From a bacterium (GTDB lineage: Bacteria > Bdellovibrionota_C > UBA2361 > CALJRW01), in NCBI GenBank assembly GCA_031385045.1, contig JANNBC010000011.1, positions 8,210-72,209 on the forward strand: 64,000 nt of DNA, given 5' to 3'. This document shows, one piece after another, positions 50,481-60,050 of this stretch (within the stretch, counting starts at the first letter, position 1; every line of letters begins with the position of its first letter). The notes beneath the pieces were generated by a model. It made no database searches. It saw only the letters and a list, made by a program, of their open reading frames with translations, and was not told where the DNA came from. The position numbers and the translations under genes are program-made.

Positions 50481-51545
50481 ATGATTAAATCACTATTTCA
50501 ACTGCTCCTTTGCCTAGTCATTTCAACTAACATCTTTGCTGAGGAAGCCTTTAAGATTGGAGTGATTGTTGCCCAAACAGGAGCGGCAGCAAAATATGGT
50601 AAATTCGCCAAAATGGGTCTCGAGCTAGCTAAAGAAGAGATTAACCAAGCAGGTGGTGTGGCTGGTAAACCAGTGGAATTAATCTATGAAGACTCCCAAA
50701 CTCAACCCAACAAAGCTCTTGGTGCTTTTAACAAACTCCATAATATCGATCATGTTGATGCTATCATAGGGGACGTCTGGGAATTTCTAACTAATGCTTT
50801 TCTACCCCAAGCTGATAAGACTAAGACTCTAGTTATGTCACCCACCTCCATGCCACACTCGATCACTATTACTAGTCCCTACTTCTTTACTATGGGGCAC
50901 CACATAGAATACCTAGACTCTGCCTTTCGTTTATACTTTAAGAAACATCCCGAAATAAAAAAGATGGCACTTATTAACTGGGATAATACTTGGGGACTGG
51001 GTTACGGCAAAAAGATTAAAGAAATTATTAAAGAATTTAATATTGAATTAGTTGATGAACTTGCTACTCAAGATTGGAACACAGACATGAAATCAGAAGT
51101 CACTAGAGTGTTACGTAAGAAACCAGATCTAATCTTCGCACCCTACCTAGGAGAACGAATCGCCAGACGTGTAAAAGAATTTAAATCTTCTACAAAAATC
51201 TTAACAACTTTAAATATAGTAGAAAGCCTACTTGATGACAGTGCTAACAAAGAACAATTAGAAGATATTTATTTTGTTGATTTCACTGCGCCAGAAGAAT
51301 ACAACAAGAAATTCCAAGATCGTTTTAATGAAGTGCCACAATTTGAAAGTCACCTGAGCTACGAATCGCTTCGGAGCCTAGTTAAAGCCTATAATCAAAA
51401 TCCAGAAAATATACAGACAGGATTAAAGAGTGTGGCCTATCAAGGAGTATCTGGGAAAATTGATTTTACTAAATCAAATAATGGGAATAATGCAGAGGCC
51501 GTTCTATATAAGATTGTGAATGGTAACGCTGAAAAAGTTAGTTAG
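50481..51545 (+). CDS. periplasmic substrate-binding protein, PBP type-1 (branched-chain amino acid / Liv-like)
   Basis: 354 aa with a signal peptide. KIGVIVAQTGAAAKYGKFAKMGLELAKEEINQAGGVAGKPVELIYEDSQ is a typical LivJ-family N-lobe. No permease or ATPase genes are adjacent. Confidence 0.75.
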   Translation: MIKSLFQLLLCLVISTNIFAEEAFKIGVIVAQTGAAAKYGKFAKMGLELAKEEINQAGGVAGKPVELIYEDSQTQPNKALGAFNKLHNIDHVDAIIGDVWEFLTNAFLPQADKTKTLVMSPTSMPHSITITSPYFFTMGHHIEYLDSAFRLYFKKHPEIKKMALINWDNTWGLGYGKKIKEIIKEFNIELVDELATQDWNTDMKSEVTRVLRKKPDLIFAPYLGERIARRVKEFKSSTKILTTLNIVESLLDDSANKEQLEDIYFVDFTAPEEYNKKFQDRFNEVPQFESHLSYESLRSLVKAYNQNPENIQTGLKSVAYQGVSGKIDFTKSNNGNNAEAVLYKIVNGNAEKVS

Positions 51546-51573
51546 CACAAAGATTCTAATAACAAATAAATTA

Positions 51574-52395
51574 TCATTCAATATAAGTTCCGATTCGCTC
51601 AGGCCTACCTATATTGAAATATATATAGGATAATTTACCTAGAATATTTTTCGCTGGAATATACGGATTATCATAATGTCTAGAATCCCTACTGCGATCG
51701 CGATTATCACCTAACAAAAAATAACTTCCTTCGGGAACAAAATATGGCCCTGACTGCTCAGTTCCACCATCAACCCAAATGCCATAATCCACTTTAACTG
51801 GAGCACCATTAAGAAAAACTTTAGCATCTTTCACTTCAATCTGATCTCCTGGCAGACCGATAACCCTTTTTATATTTCTTAGTGCAGACTCATCTGCTTC
51901 AGTCTTTGGATTATCTTCTTGGGCAAAAGCTACAAAATCAAAACGCTCAATTGGGCGTGCTAAATAAAACTTTTTACTAACTACTACATAATCTCCATCA
52001 AACAGTGTTGGAAGATTAGATTCCCCCTTAAATCGAAATGCTTCAAAACGATTCAGCATTTTATTTTCAAGGAATAAACTTGGAAGGGACATAATCGCTC
52101 CCAATCCTAAACAAAAATACCACTTATTGTACCAGTTAAGTTTATTTTTTACTTCGCCACTCTGAAATGAGTCTGCTAAAGTGTAAATCATAATTAGCAA
52201 AACAAGTGCACAAACTATGGCCATCCCCCAAAAATAATCTGGAAGATTGAGGTAAACTCCTATAGGAAATGCTAGATAGGCAATCAACATTAAGATTACA
52301 CCTTTTTTGACTTCAGATTTATATATCTGACCCAGGCCTGGAGATAATATACTTAGAAATAATGCTACGTAACGCTTTGGCTTAAAATTAGTCAT
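51574..52395 (-). CDS. lepB: signal peptidase I
   Basis: N-terminal transmembrane segments, catalytic Ser box GESNLPTL, Lys box IKRVIGLPGD and GDNRDRSRDSRHYD box E. Confidence 0.85.
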   Translation of the reverse strand: MTNFKPKRYVALFLSILSPGLGQIYKSEVKKGVILMLIAYLAFPIGVYLNLPDYFWGMAIVCALVLLIMIYTLADSFQSGEVKNKLNWYNKWYFCLGLGAIMSLPSLFLENKMLNRFEAFRFKGESNLPTLFDGDYVVVSKKFYLARPIERFDFVAFAQEDNPKTEADESALRNIKRVIGLPGDQIEVKDAKVFLNGAPVKVDYGIWVDGGTEQSGPYFVPEGSYFLLGDNRDRSRDSRHYDNPYIPAKNILGKLSYIYFNIGRPERIGTYIE

Positions 52396-52428
52396 ATGAA
52401 CAATGCTCTCAGTTACTACAGAATAGAT

Positions 52429-53115
52429 CTACTCAACAAACTTATACCCAACCCCATGAATAGTTAGGATATGTCTTGGCACAGTAATATTAGGTTCTAT
52501 CTTCTGACGTAATTTTGCGATGTGGTTATCAACTGTTCTAGTTGTTGGATAAGAATTGTAGCCCCAGACTTCATCTAGTAATTCATCACGGGAAACTACG
52601 TCCCCTATTTTCCCGATTAGATATTTTAGCAAACGATATTCACGGGCAGATAATTCTAGTGGCTCTTCCTTTTTCTTAGCTTGATAAGCTTTGAAATCTA
52701 TCGAGATGTCTCCGAACTGGTAAGTAGTAATTTCTAAGGTTTGAATTGATCGACGAAGCAAAGCTTTTACTCGAGCCAATAATTCCCTAACTCCAAATGG
52801 CTTGGCAATATAATCATCAGCCCCCAGCTCCAATCCCAGAACCTTATCAACTTCTTCGGTCCGAGCCGTCAGCATAATAATAGGTGTAGAGTTACCCTTA
52901 TTACGCAGCTCTCGGCACATTTGCATGCCGTCCATGACAGGTAACATCACATCTGTAATCACTACGTCGGGACACTCTTTTTCGATTAGAGCAATGCCTT
53001 CCTGACCATTCTCAGCTGTAAATATTTGATATCCCTCAAGTTCTAGGTTTAGAACCAAGCTAGTACGAACTGACTGGTCATCTTCAATTAATGCGATTTT
53101 GTATTTATTAGCCAT
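52429..53115 (-). CDS. OmpR/PhoB-family response regulator
   Basis: 228 aa. Receiver domain with DD...D...K residues and a C-terminal winged-helix (Trans_reg_C). No histidine kinase gene is adjacent. Confidence 0.9.
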   Translation of the reverse strand: MANKYKIALIEDDQSVRTSLVLNLELEGYQIFTAENGQEGIALIEKECPDVVITDVMLPVMDGMQMCRELRNKGNSTPIIMLTARTEEVDKVLGLELGADDYIAKPFGVRELLARVKALLRRSIQTLEITTYQFGDISIDFKAYQAKKKEEPLELSAREYRLLKYLIGKIGDVVSRDELLDEVWGYNSYPTTRTVDNHIAKLRQKIEPNITVPRHILTIHGVGYKFVE

Positions 53116-53345
53116 CTTAACTATTATTTTACAATAGTTTTAGAGAAATTGCATTAGTAGTTATTTAACTACTTAGAAATGACGCTATAACAATCGAGCA
53201 CTAGCAAAATTGACTTAAGCGTCTATTTATCTTATAAATTCCCCCCTGATAGTTTGTACTAAATGATGAAATTTCATTAGTTTAAGTAACTATCGACTGA
53301 ATTAATGCGCTTCTACAAGTTAGAAGGCTACTTAGAATAAATACA

Positions 53346-53666
53346 ATGTCTGAAAATTACGCAATTATTAAATCTGGTGCTAAGCAGTACCGAGTTCATC
53401 AAGGTGAGACCGTTATGGTTGAAAAGTTTGGTGTAGCCGTTGGTGGAACTTGCACATTTGATCAAGTTATCGCAGTTGGTAGCGCTGAAAATCTTAAAAT
53501 CGGCGAGCCACTATTAGCTGGAGCAACAGTTACTGGAACAGTTCTTCAAGCGGTTAAACAAAAGAAAACTATTTCTTTCCAACACCGTAAAAGAAAAACT
53601 CACCGTAAAAAAACTGGTCACAGACAAGAGTTAGTGGCAGTACGAATTGATTCAATTCAAGCATAA
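53346..53666 (+). CDS. rplU: 50S ribosomal protein L21
   Basis: 106 aa. MSENYAIIKSGAKQYRVHQGETVMVEK is canonical L21. Confidence 0.9.
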   Translation: MSENYAIIKSGAKQYRVHQGETVMVEKFGVAVGGTCTFDQVIAVGSAENLKIGEPLLAGATVTGTVLQAVKQKKTISFQHRKRKTHRKKTGHRQELVAVRIDSIQA

Positions 53667-53693
53667 TTTTTATATCATAAACAGGAGTTTACA

Positions 53694-53951
53694 ATGGCCC
53701 ATAAGAAAGCCGCAGGTAGTTCCAAGAACGGAAGAAAGACTGCGGGAAAACGTTTAGGCGTTAAAAAGTTTGGTGGTGAAGCTGTAATTGCCGGAAATAT
53801 TATCATCCGTCAAAGAGGTACTAAGTTTCACGCTGGAGAGAATGTTGGAATGGGCAGTGACCATACATTATTTGCTTTAACTGATGGTGTCGTATCTTTT
53901 AAACAAGGATACAAACATTACGTTAATGTTCAGCCAGTAGTAGCTGAGTAG
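53694..53951 (+). CDS. rpmA: 50S ribosomal protein L27
   Basis: 85 aa. [29 protein letters not shown] is canonical L27. Confidence 0.95.
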   Translation: MAHKKAAGSSKNGRKTAGKRLGVKKFGGEAVIAGNIIIRQRGTKFHAGENVGMGSDHTLFALTDGVVSFKQGYKHYVNVQPVVAE

Positions 53952-53960
53952 TAAACCTAT

Positions 53961-53985
53961 CAGGACGAACGCATAGTTCGTCCTG
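53961..53985 (+). terminator. 10-bp stem hairpin after rpmA (partial terminator / attenuator)
   Basis: CAGGACGAAC-GCATA-GTTCGTCCTG, 10 nt after the rpmA stop. No U-tract follows, so read-through into obg is likely. Confidence 0.35.
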
Positions 53986-54089
53986 ACAAAATCCCCTCCC
54001 CCCTTAACTTCTCAAACCTCAAACACACAAAATAATCTGATTAATCAGATAAAAATTTCCATATATTAGAAAGACAAAATAATCAGAAG

Positions 54090-55094
54090 ATGAAATTTAT
54101 TGACGAAACAATTATTGATGTAGCTTCAGGCAATGGCGGTGCCGGCTCGCGTAGTTTTCGTCGTGAAAAATTTGTACCGATGGGTGGGCCAGATGGTGGA
54201 AACGGTGGTCGCGGTGGTTCTGTGATTGTAATTGCCGATAAAAATATCCAGACCCTGATTGATTTTAAATTTAAACCGCTTTGGCGCGCCGATCATGGGA
54301 AATCTGGTTCAGGACGTAGGAAAGACGGGCTTTCTGGTCAAGATCTTGTAATCAAACTACCAGTTGGAACAGAAATTTTTAATAACGCCACGCAAGAACT
54401 TGTTTGTGACCTAACAGAAGAGGGACAAGAAGTTGTGATTGCCAAAGGTGGTCGTGGTGGCAAAGGAAATGTATTTTTCAAATCAGCTACTAACCAAGCA
54501 CCAACCCATGCCCAAGCAGGTGAGCCCGGAGAAAACTTTCGCTTCAAACTTAACTTAAAACTTGTAGCAGACGTGGGAATTGTAGGATTTCCTAATGCTG
54601 GCAAATCAACCTTAATTTCTAAAGTTTCTGCCGCCAAGCCAAAGATATCAGATTATCCTTTTACAACACTCACTCCCAACTTAGGAGTTGTCCAAGGTAA
54701 ATTTAGAAACTTTGTAATTGCTGATATCCCTGGATTAATTCCGGGAGCTAGCGAAGGTAAAGGGTTAGGTTTTAAATTTTTAAAACACGTAGAGCGTACT
54801 AAAGTCTTATTATTTTTAGTTGATCCCTTTGCCCTCGATGAGCATGGAGAGCAGATTTCAGCCTGGGATAATTACAACCAATTAAGTCATGAATTAACAA
54901 ATTTCAGCGAATGGATGGAGAGCAAGAAAAAAATTATTGCTATTAGTAAATCTGAAACAATTGCCCAAGAAGAAGAACGTACGGCTATAGAACAGATCTT
55001 TAAGGATAATAATCAAGAGGTCCATTTTATTTCCAGTTTAACTGCCGAGGGTCTGCCAGACCTACTACTTAATATTGAAAAAATACTTGCTTGA
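54090..55094 (+). CDS. obg: GTPase Obg
   Basis: 334 aa. N-terminal Gly-rich Obg fold (GGPDGGNGGRGGSV) and G-domain motifs GFPNAGKST, DIPG, ISKSE. Confidence 0.95.
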   Translation: MKFIDETIIDVASGNGGAGSRSFRREKFVPMGGPDGGNGGRGGSVIVIADKNIQTLIDFKFKPLWRADHGKSGSGRRKDGLSGQDLVIKLPVGTEIFNNATQELVCDLTEEGQEVVIAKGGRGGKGNVFFKSATNQAPTHAQAGEPGENFRFKLNLKLVADVGIVGFPNAGKSTLISKVSAAKPKISDYPFTTLTPNLGVVQGKFRNFVIADIPGLIPGASEGKGLGFKFLKHVERTKVLLFLVDPFALDEHGEQISAWDNYNQLSHELTNFSEWMESKKKIIAISKSETIAQEEERTAIEQIFKDNNQEVHFISSLTAEGLPDLLLNIEKILA

Positions 55095-55129
55095 GACAAT
55101 CGCACCGTTTATAATTAAAACATAACCTA

Positions 55130-55501
55130 ATGAATAACTCTTTAATCAATCAAATTATCACCTCTGCTTCGGACAGCAAATCAATTAACCCGATTGCCTT
55201 TGACGTCAGAGGCCTTGTTGATTATACAGAAACTATCATTGTCCTTAGTGGACGCTCAGACCGGCATACTATTGGTATCGCTAATCGCATCATCGAAGAT
55301 TTAAGTAAGCATAAAATTAAACCCAAGTATCTAGAGGGATATGATAAAGGCCATTGGATCTTAATCGATTTCTTTGATGTTGTTGTGCATGTATTTTACG
55401 AGCCAACTAGAGAGATTTATAACCTAGAAGCCTTGTTCCATCGCGCAAAAGTTATTAACCTCAGTAAAATTATTGATAATTCTAAAAAAGAAGCAGCTTA
55501 A
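55130..55501 (+). CDS. rsfS: ribosomal silencing factor RsfS (Iojap)
   Basis: 123 aa. DYTETIIVLSGRSDRHTIGIANRIIEDL matches the RsfS/DUF143 core. Follows obg as usual. Confidence 0.85.
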   Translation: MNNSLINQIITSASDSKSINPIAFDVRGLVDYTETIIVLSGRSDRHTIGIANRIIEDLSKHKIKPKYLEGYDKGHWILIDFFDVVVHVFYEPTREIYNLEALFHRAKVINLSKIIDNSKKEAA

Positions 55502-55721
55502 AGCGACTCCCTGCTGTTTTCAAAATTGCGCCAAGCTTGTGGGTTTAGGTCAGGCAGAGTAATATCCTTTTGGTACTAATTAATCCTAGTTAATAAAGCA
55601 GTGAACCCGACTAAGATCTACGTTTTAATCGGGCATCTTCTTTCGGTTTCACTAAAATTATCCTTAGTTACCTTTCCACTTCTCACTCATTTAAGTGAGC
55701 TTTTAAGTACCTAAGAACTAA

Positions 55722-56423
55722 ATGTTTTATTCCCCTTTTCATCTGAGCACCCAACAAAGAAATTCGTGTTTAGGGTTTTTAATTTCTAAAATAACTAAAG
55801 CTATCCATCTGACACTTCGCTGGAAACAGGAAGGTGTTATTCAGAATAGTAAACATTGGTCTGAAGGCGAACCTGCTGTCTTAGCTTTTTGGCACTCACA
55901 GCAAATTTACATGCCCTACATTTACGACGTTAAAGACTACCCAGTTAATATATGTAAACCACTTTTTGCGCTTGCCAGTAATCACCGAGACGGGCAACTA
56001 GCGGCTCAAACAATTAAAGATCGGAATATTTCCGTTATTGGTGGCTCATCCACTCGGGGTGGTCGTAAAGCATTTATTGAAATGATTAAAAAGATTAAAA
56101 CTGGGAATCATGTGATTATTTCCCCAGATGGACCAAAAGGTCCGGCAGAAATTGCTAAATATGGGACTATTAAACTAGCTTCAATGACTGGTGCTAAAAT
56201 CATACCGGTCGCCCTGAATGCCAAATGGAAGTGGAGCTTTAATAGTTGGGATGAAATGTTTATCCCCAAACCATTTTCCAAGGTCTTTTTGCTAGTCGGA
56301 GAAGGATATAGTATAAAGAAGAACCTAAGTAAGGAAGAGTTAGTATCAGAGTCAACTAAACTAACTGAGATTTTAAAAAAATTAAACAATCGGGTAAATT
56401 TTAAATTAGGCATTAATGAATAA
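55722..56423 (+). CDS. DUF374-domain protein (lysophospholipid-acyltransferase-like fold)
   Basis: 233 aa. Conserved middle region. The start may be downstream of the annotated ATG. The stop overlaps the start of the desaturase gene by 8 bp. Confidence 0.55.
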   Translation: MFYSPFHLSTQQRNSCLGFLISKITKAIHLTLRWKQEGVIQNSKHWSEGEPAVLAFWHSQQIYMPYIYDVKDYPVNICKPLFALASNHRDGQLAAQTIKDRNISVIGGSSTRGGRKAFIEMIKKIKTGNHVIISPDGPKGPAEIAKYGTIKLASMTGAKIIPVALNAKWKWSFNSWDEMFIPKPFSKVFLLVGEGYSIKKNLSKEELVSESTKLTEILKKLNNRVNFKLGINE

Positions 56424-57261
56424 AGTATTTTTCATAGTGATTCACATCTTAGCAATCGCGGCTTTTATTGTCGGCTATTCACCTTTTGCATTGGCACTCT
56501 GCTTAGCATTTTATTTGATTCGCATGTTTGCCATCACTGGTTGCTTTCATCGCCTGATGTCTCACCGTACATATCAAACAAGTAGATGGTTTCAATTTGT
56601 CTTAGCTTTCATCGGAACTTGCGCGGCGCAAAAAGGTCCACTTTGGTGGGCGGCAGCTCATCGCCATCATCACAAACATGCTGATACGGAAGAAGATATT
56701 CACTCTCCAGGAATTAAAGGAATTTGGTGGGCACATGCTGGTTGGGTTCTTTCTGAGGAGCATGATGAAGCAGATTTAAAACTAGTTAAAGACTTGTCAG
56801 TTTATCCAGAATTAAATTGGTTAGATAAATATCATTACGTTCCACCTCTAATGTACATGGTTGGATGTTATCTACTAGGACTGATAGTTGAAAATTACTT
56901 CCCTGGCTTACATACAACAGCATTCCAATGTTTATTCTGGGGATGTTTTCTGAGTACTGTACTACTTTATCATGGAGTTTTTTGTATTAATTCATTTACA
57001 CATTTAGTTGGTAAAAGACGTTTTAATACTAGTGACGAAAGTCGCAATAGCTTCTTCTTATCGATTATCACTCTAGGTGAAGGTTGGCATAATAACCACC
57101 ACCGTTATCCTGGCTCTGAACGACAAGGATTTTATTGGTGGGAAATGGATATAACACATTATGTTTTAGTGATTTTTTCTAAGCTAGGGCTGGTATGGAA
57201 TCTAAGAACTCCTCCAGAGAGAATCTATCAAGAAGCTCTGGAGAATAAGCGTAACAGATAG
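56416..57261 (+). CDS. membrane acyl-CoA (delta-9 type) fatty-acid desaturase
   Basis: 281 aa. Three His boxes HRLMSH, HRHHHKHAD and HNNHHRYP, interleaved with transmembrane helices. Confidence 0.9.
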   Translation: MNKVFFIVIHILAIAAFIVGYSPFALALCLAFYLIRMFAITGCFHRLMSHRTYQTSRWFQFVLAFIGTCAAQKGPLWWAAAHRHHHKHADTEEDIHSPGIKGIWWAHAGWVLSEEHDEADLKLVKDLSVYPELNWLDKYHYVPPLMYMVGCYLLGLIVENYFPGLHTTAFQCLFWGCFLSTVLLYHGVFCINSFTHLVGKRRFNTSDESRNSFFLSIITLGEGWHNNHHRYPGSERQGFYWWEMDITHYVLVIFSKLGLVWNLRTPPERIYQEALENKRNR

Positions 57262-57390
57262 AATTTTCTGCCGTACTTAAGTAAAGAATAAAATCAAAAC
57301 GAATATTCCAAGCCTATGTGCAGATGAGTGGCTTTTAGTTATACTAGAACCATGCCTTAATATGGGACAACCTTAACCGTTCATACAGAT

Positions 57391-58464
57391 ATGCAAAAAC
57401 AATTTATTAGCTTACTGACTCTGGCAGTATTAATTTTTCCAAGCCTAACTATTGCCGAACCTACCTATCGGGGCTTCCAAATTGGGATTACTGATTTTAC
57501 TGATGAAGAAATAAATTCTTTAAATACAGATTGGCATGCTAATGTCGTTCGCATTCAGGTTGGAAACAATGCTGAGATGGATGGCACTACTGGAGCTGCT
57601 TATTTTCAAATGATTAGTGATAACCTTGATGAAATTGATTTACTGATTCCAAAGTTTACAGCAAATTCAATTAAAGTAATCTTAACACTTTACTCCCCGC
57701 CTGGCGGATTTTTAGCTCGCTTTGCTCCTTCCCACTACGCAATGTTCTCTGACTTAAGCTTGCAAGATGAGTTTGTCACCATGTGGGGAATCTTAGCTAC
57801 TAGATACAAAGATAACCCAACAGTAATTGGATATGATTTATCTAATGAGCCTGCATTAAGAAAATCTTTAAAATCAAAAACATCACTACCTTGGCCTGAT
57901 CTAATCAAACGAACCATTGCGGAAATCAGAACAATCGATCCAATAAAACAAATTATTGTGAAATCACTGTATGGCAACCCAGCAACATTAGCTGCCTTAC
58001 CAAAATTAAATGATCCTAATTTTTGCTATAGCTTTCATGTTTACCCAGACAATCGCTATATCAATCAAGGATTTGATGGAAAACCAATTAAACATAATCC
58101 ACCTAAAAAATCTGTGATTATTAAACATAGTTTTTTACCAATTCAAAAACTACTTAGAAAATTTCCGCTCCGAGAGCGAAGTAATGTCTGCTTTAATATT
58201 GGTGAGTTTGCTGTACCACGTTGGGCCCCAAAAGCTGATAATTACATGCAAAACCTTTTAAGGATTTTCGAGGCGAGCAGAGTACCGGCGACAACTTATG
58301 CCCGTGCTAGAAAAATCAATCTTCAGTCTTGGACTTACCATGCTTTTAACGAATCTACAGTTTGGGATCCACGAGCAAGCACTGATCCAAATATTGAAGA
58401 ATTTCCAATCGAGACCCCCCTACGCGCTGTGGTATTGCAAACTTTTATGCAGAAAAATCAGTAG
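57391..58464 (+). CDS. secreted glycoside hydrolase family 5-like protein
   Basis: 357 aa with a signal peptide. GYDLSNEP contains the GH5 catalytic-acid NEP motif, and upstream (beta/alpha)8-like blocks are present. Confidence 0.55.
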   Translation: MQKQFISLLTLAVLIFPSLTIAEPTYRGFQIGITDFTDEEINSLNTDWHANVVRIQVGNNAEMDGTTGAAYFQMISDNLDEIDLLIPKFTANSIKVILTLYSPPGGFLARFAPSHYAMFSDLSLQDEFVTMWGILATRYKDNPTVIGYDLSNEPALRKSLKSKTSLPWPDLIKRTIAEIRTIDPIKQIIVKSLYGNPATLAALPKLNDPNFCYSFHVYPDNRYINQGFDGKPIKHNPPKKSVIIKHSFLPIQKLLRKFPLRERSNVCFNIGEFAVPRWAPKADNYMQNLLRIFEASRVPATTYARARKINLQSWTYHAFNESTVWDPRASTDPNIEEFPIETPLRAVVLQTFMQKNQ

Positions 58465-58518
58465 TAAGCTAACATAATCTATTTTTGGCTAATTAAGAAT
58501 TTGTGATAAACTCGTTCC

Positions 58519-59496
58519 ATGATTTTCTCACCTAGTTCAATAAACTTACTAAGAGCCACAGAAGCTTTAAAAAATAATCAACTGATTGGACTGCCGACTG
58601 AAACCGTTTATGGTTTAGCTGGGAATGCGCTAAGCGACGTTGCTATCCAAAGAATATTTGCTCTTAAGGGACGCCCAGCAACCAACCCTTTAATTGTACA
58701 TATTGCCGACTTTAATCAGATCGATTCACTGATTGCACCACTAAATACCCAGCAAGCTAAAAACTTAGAGAAATTAAAAGTTTTTTGGCCAGGGCCACTG
58801 ACTATCATCCTTCCAAAAAGCTCCCTTGTTCCAGATCTTCTTACCGCCAATAGTCCAACTGTTGCTATTCGTATTCCTAACCACCAAATTGCTCTAAAAA
58901 TTATCCGTGACTCGGGATTGCCACTTGCAGCTCCAAGCGCTAACCGCTCAAACTATATCAGCCCAACTTCTGCACAACATGTCTTAGAGGAATTTGGTGA
59001 AGAATTAGAATTTATTATTGATGGTGGTAGCTGTACTATTGGCTTAGAATCAACAGTGATCTCTTTAGTTTCAGATATCCCTCAGATCTTACGTCCGGGA
59101 GCAATTACTCTTAATCAAATTCGTTCAATTATTCCAGAGGTTCAGTTGCTAGAAAGAATACTCTCCCCAGATGCCCAACAATCAGCGCCAGGTCAACAAA
59201 TTAAACATTACAGTCCAAAAACAAAGTTAATCTTTAAAGAGGACTATAAACCTACAAAAGACTTACAAAAGATTGCCTATGTCGCCTTTACCCAACTTTC
59301 GGAACTAGAACAAAAGTCTTTTTTTAGTTATAAGTTATTAAGTACTAGTGGTAACTTAACTGAAATTGCCCAAAAACTATTTGGAACACTTAGAGAATTG
59401 GATCAACAAAACTTAGACTTAATTATAATCGATAAGTGTCCTGAGGAGCAATTAGGCTTAGCGATTATGGATCGACTAAAACGAGCAACAAATTAA
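58519..59496 (+). CDS. tsaC: L-threonylcarbamoyladenylate synthase, Sua5-type (YrdC domain plus C-terminal Sua5 domain)
   Basis: 325 aa. The YrdC motif LIGLPTETVYGLAGNA is present. Confidence 0.9.
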   Translation: MIFSPSSINLLRATEALKNNQLIGLPTETVYGLAGNALSDVAIQRIFALKGRPATNPLIVHIADFNQIDSLIAPLNTQQAKNLEKLKVFWPGPLTIILPKSSLVPDLLTANSPTVAIRIPNHQIALKIIRDSGLPLAAPSANRSNYISPTSAQHVLEEFGEELEFIIDGGSCTIGLESTVISLVSDIPQILRPGAITLNQIRSIIPEVQLLERILSPDAQQSAPGQQIKHYSPKTKLIFKEDYKPTKDLQKIAYVAFTQLSELEQKSFFSYKLLSTSGNLTEIAQKLFGTLRELDQQNLDLIIIDKCPEEQLGLAIMDRLKRATN

Positions 59497-59507
59497 AGAG
59501 ATAAAAT

Positions 59508-60047
59508 ATGGAAGCAAAGATTTTTGGTGTAGAAATTAAAGATTTAAAATCTTTCCCTGATGGTCGTGGATTTTTTAGAGAAATTTTTCGTCATAATGAG
59601 AGTCTATTTACTGGCGGTCAATTTGCTCAGTGGAGCCACAGTAAAATGCAGAAGGATGTTGTCAAGGCTTGGCATTATCATCACCTTCAAACTGATTGGT
59701 GGTATGTTCCTCTCGGTCAAGTTCAAGTAGTACTCTATGATAAGCGAGAAGAAAGCCCAACTTACCAAACAAAAATGGTTCTTACTGTTGGAGAAACGGA
59801 CACTTATGGACCTGAAACAAAAGAAGTCTGCATTAAAATTCCACCTGGAGTCTTACATGCCTGCCAAGTGCTCAGCCCAATTGCTCATTTATTTTATATT
59901 ACATCTGAAATTTACAACCCAGATGATGAGGGACGCTTTGCTTATAACTCTCCATTAATCCCACATGAATGGACAGCTAATGCTATTACTTCCGAAAAAG
60001 ATCGCGTCGATTTTATTCCAATAAATCCTCGCAAACTATCTTGCTAG
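59508..60047 (+). CDS. dTDP-4-dehydrorhamnose 3,5-epimerase-like cupin
   Basis: 179 aa. IFGVEIKDLKSFPDGRGFFREIFR matches the RmlC N-terminal strand. Conserved His/Lys/Tyr positions are present. No other rml genes are nearby. Confidence 0.7.
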   Translation: MEAKIFGVEIKDLKSFPDGRGFFREIFRHNESLFTGGQFAQWSHSKMQKDVVKAWHYHHLQTDWWYVPLGQVQVVLYDKREESPTYQTKMVLTVGETDTYGPETKEVCIKIPPGVLHACQVLSPIAHLFYITSEIYNPDDEGRFAYNSPLIPHEWTANAITSEKDRVDFIPINPRKLSC

Positions 60048-60050
60048 AAA

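Noticed and set aside
55502-55721. Possible SRP/4.5S or other known ncRNA in the rsfS downstream spacer
   Set aside because: Only an imperfect nested stem (AGTGAACCCG ... CGGTTTCACT) is visible. No SRP domain IV motif and no terminator are present, so it is insufficient to call.
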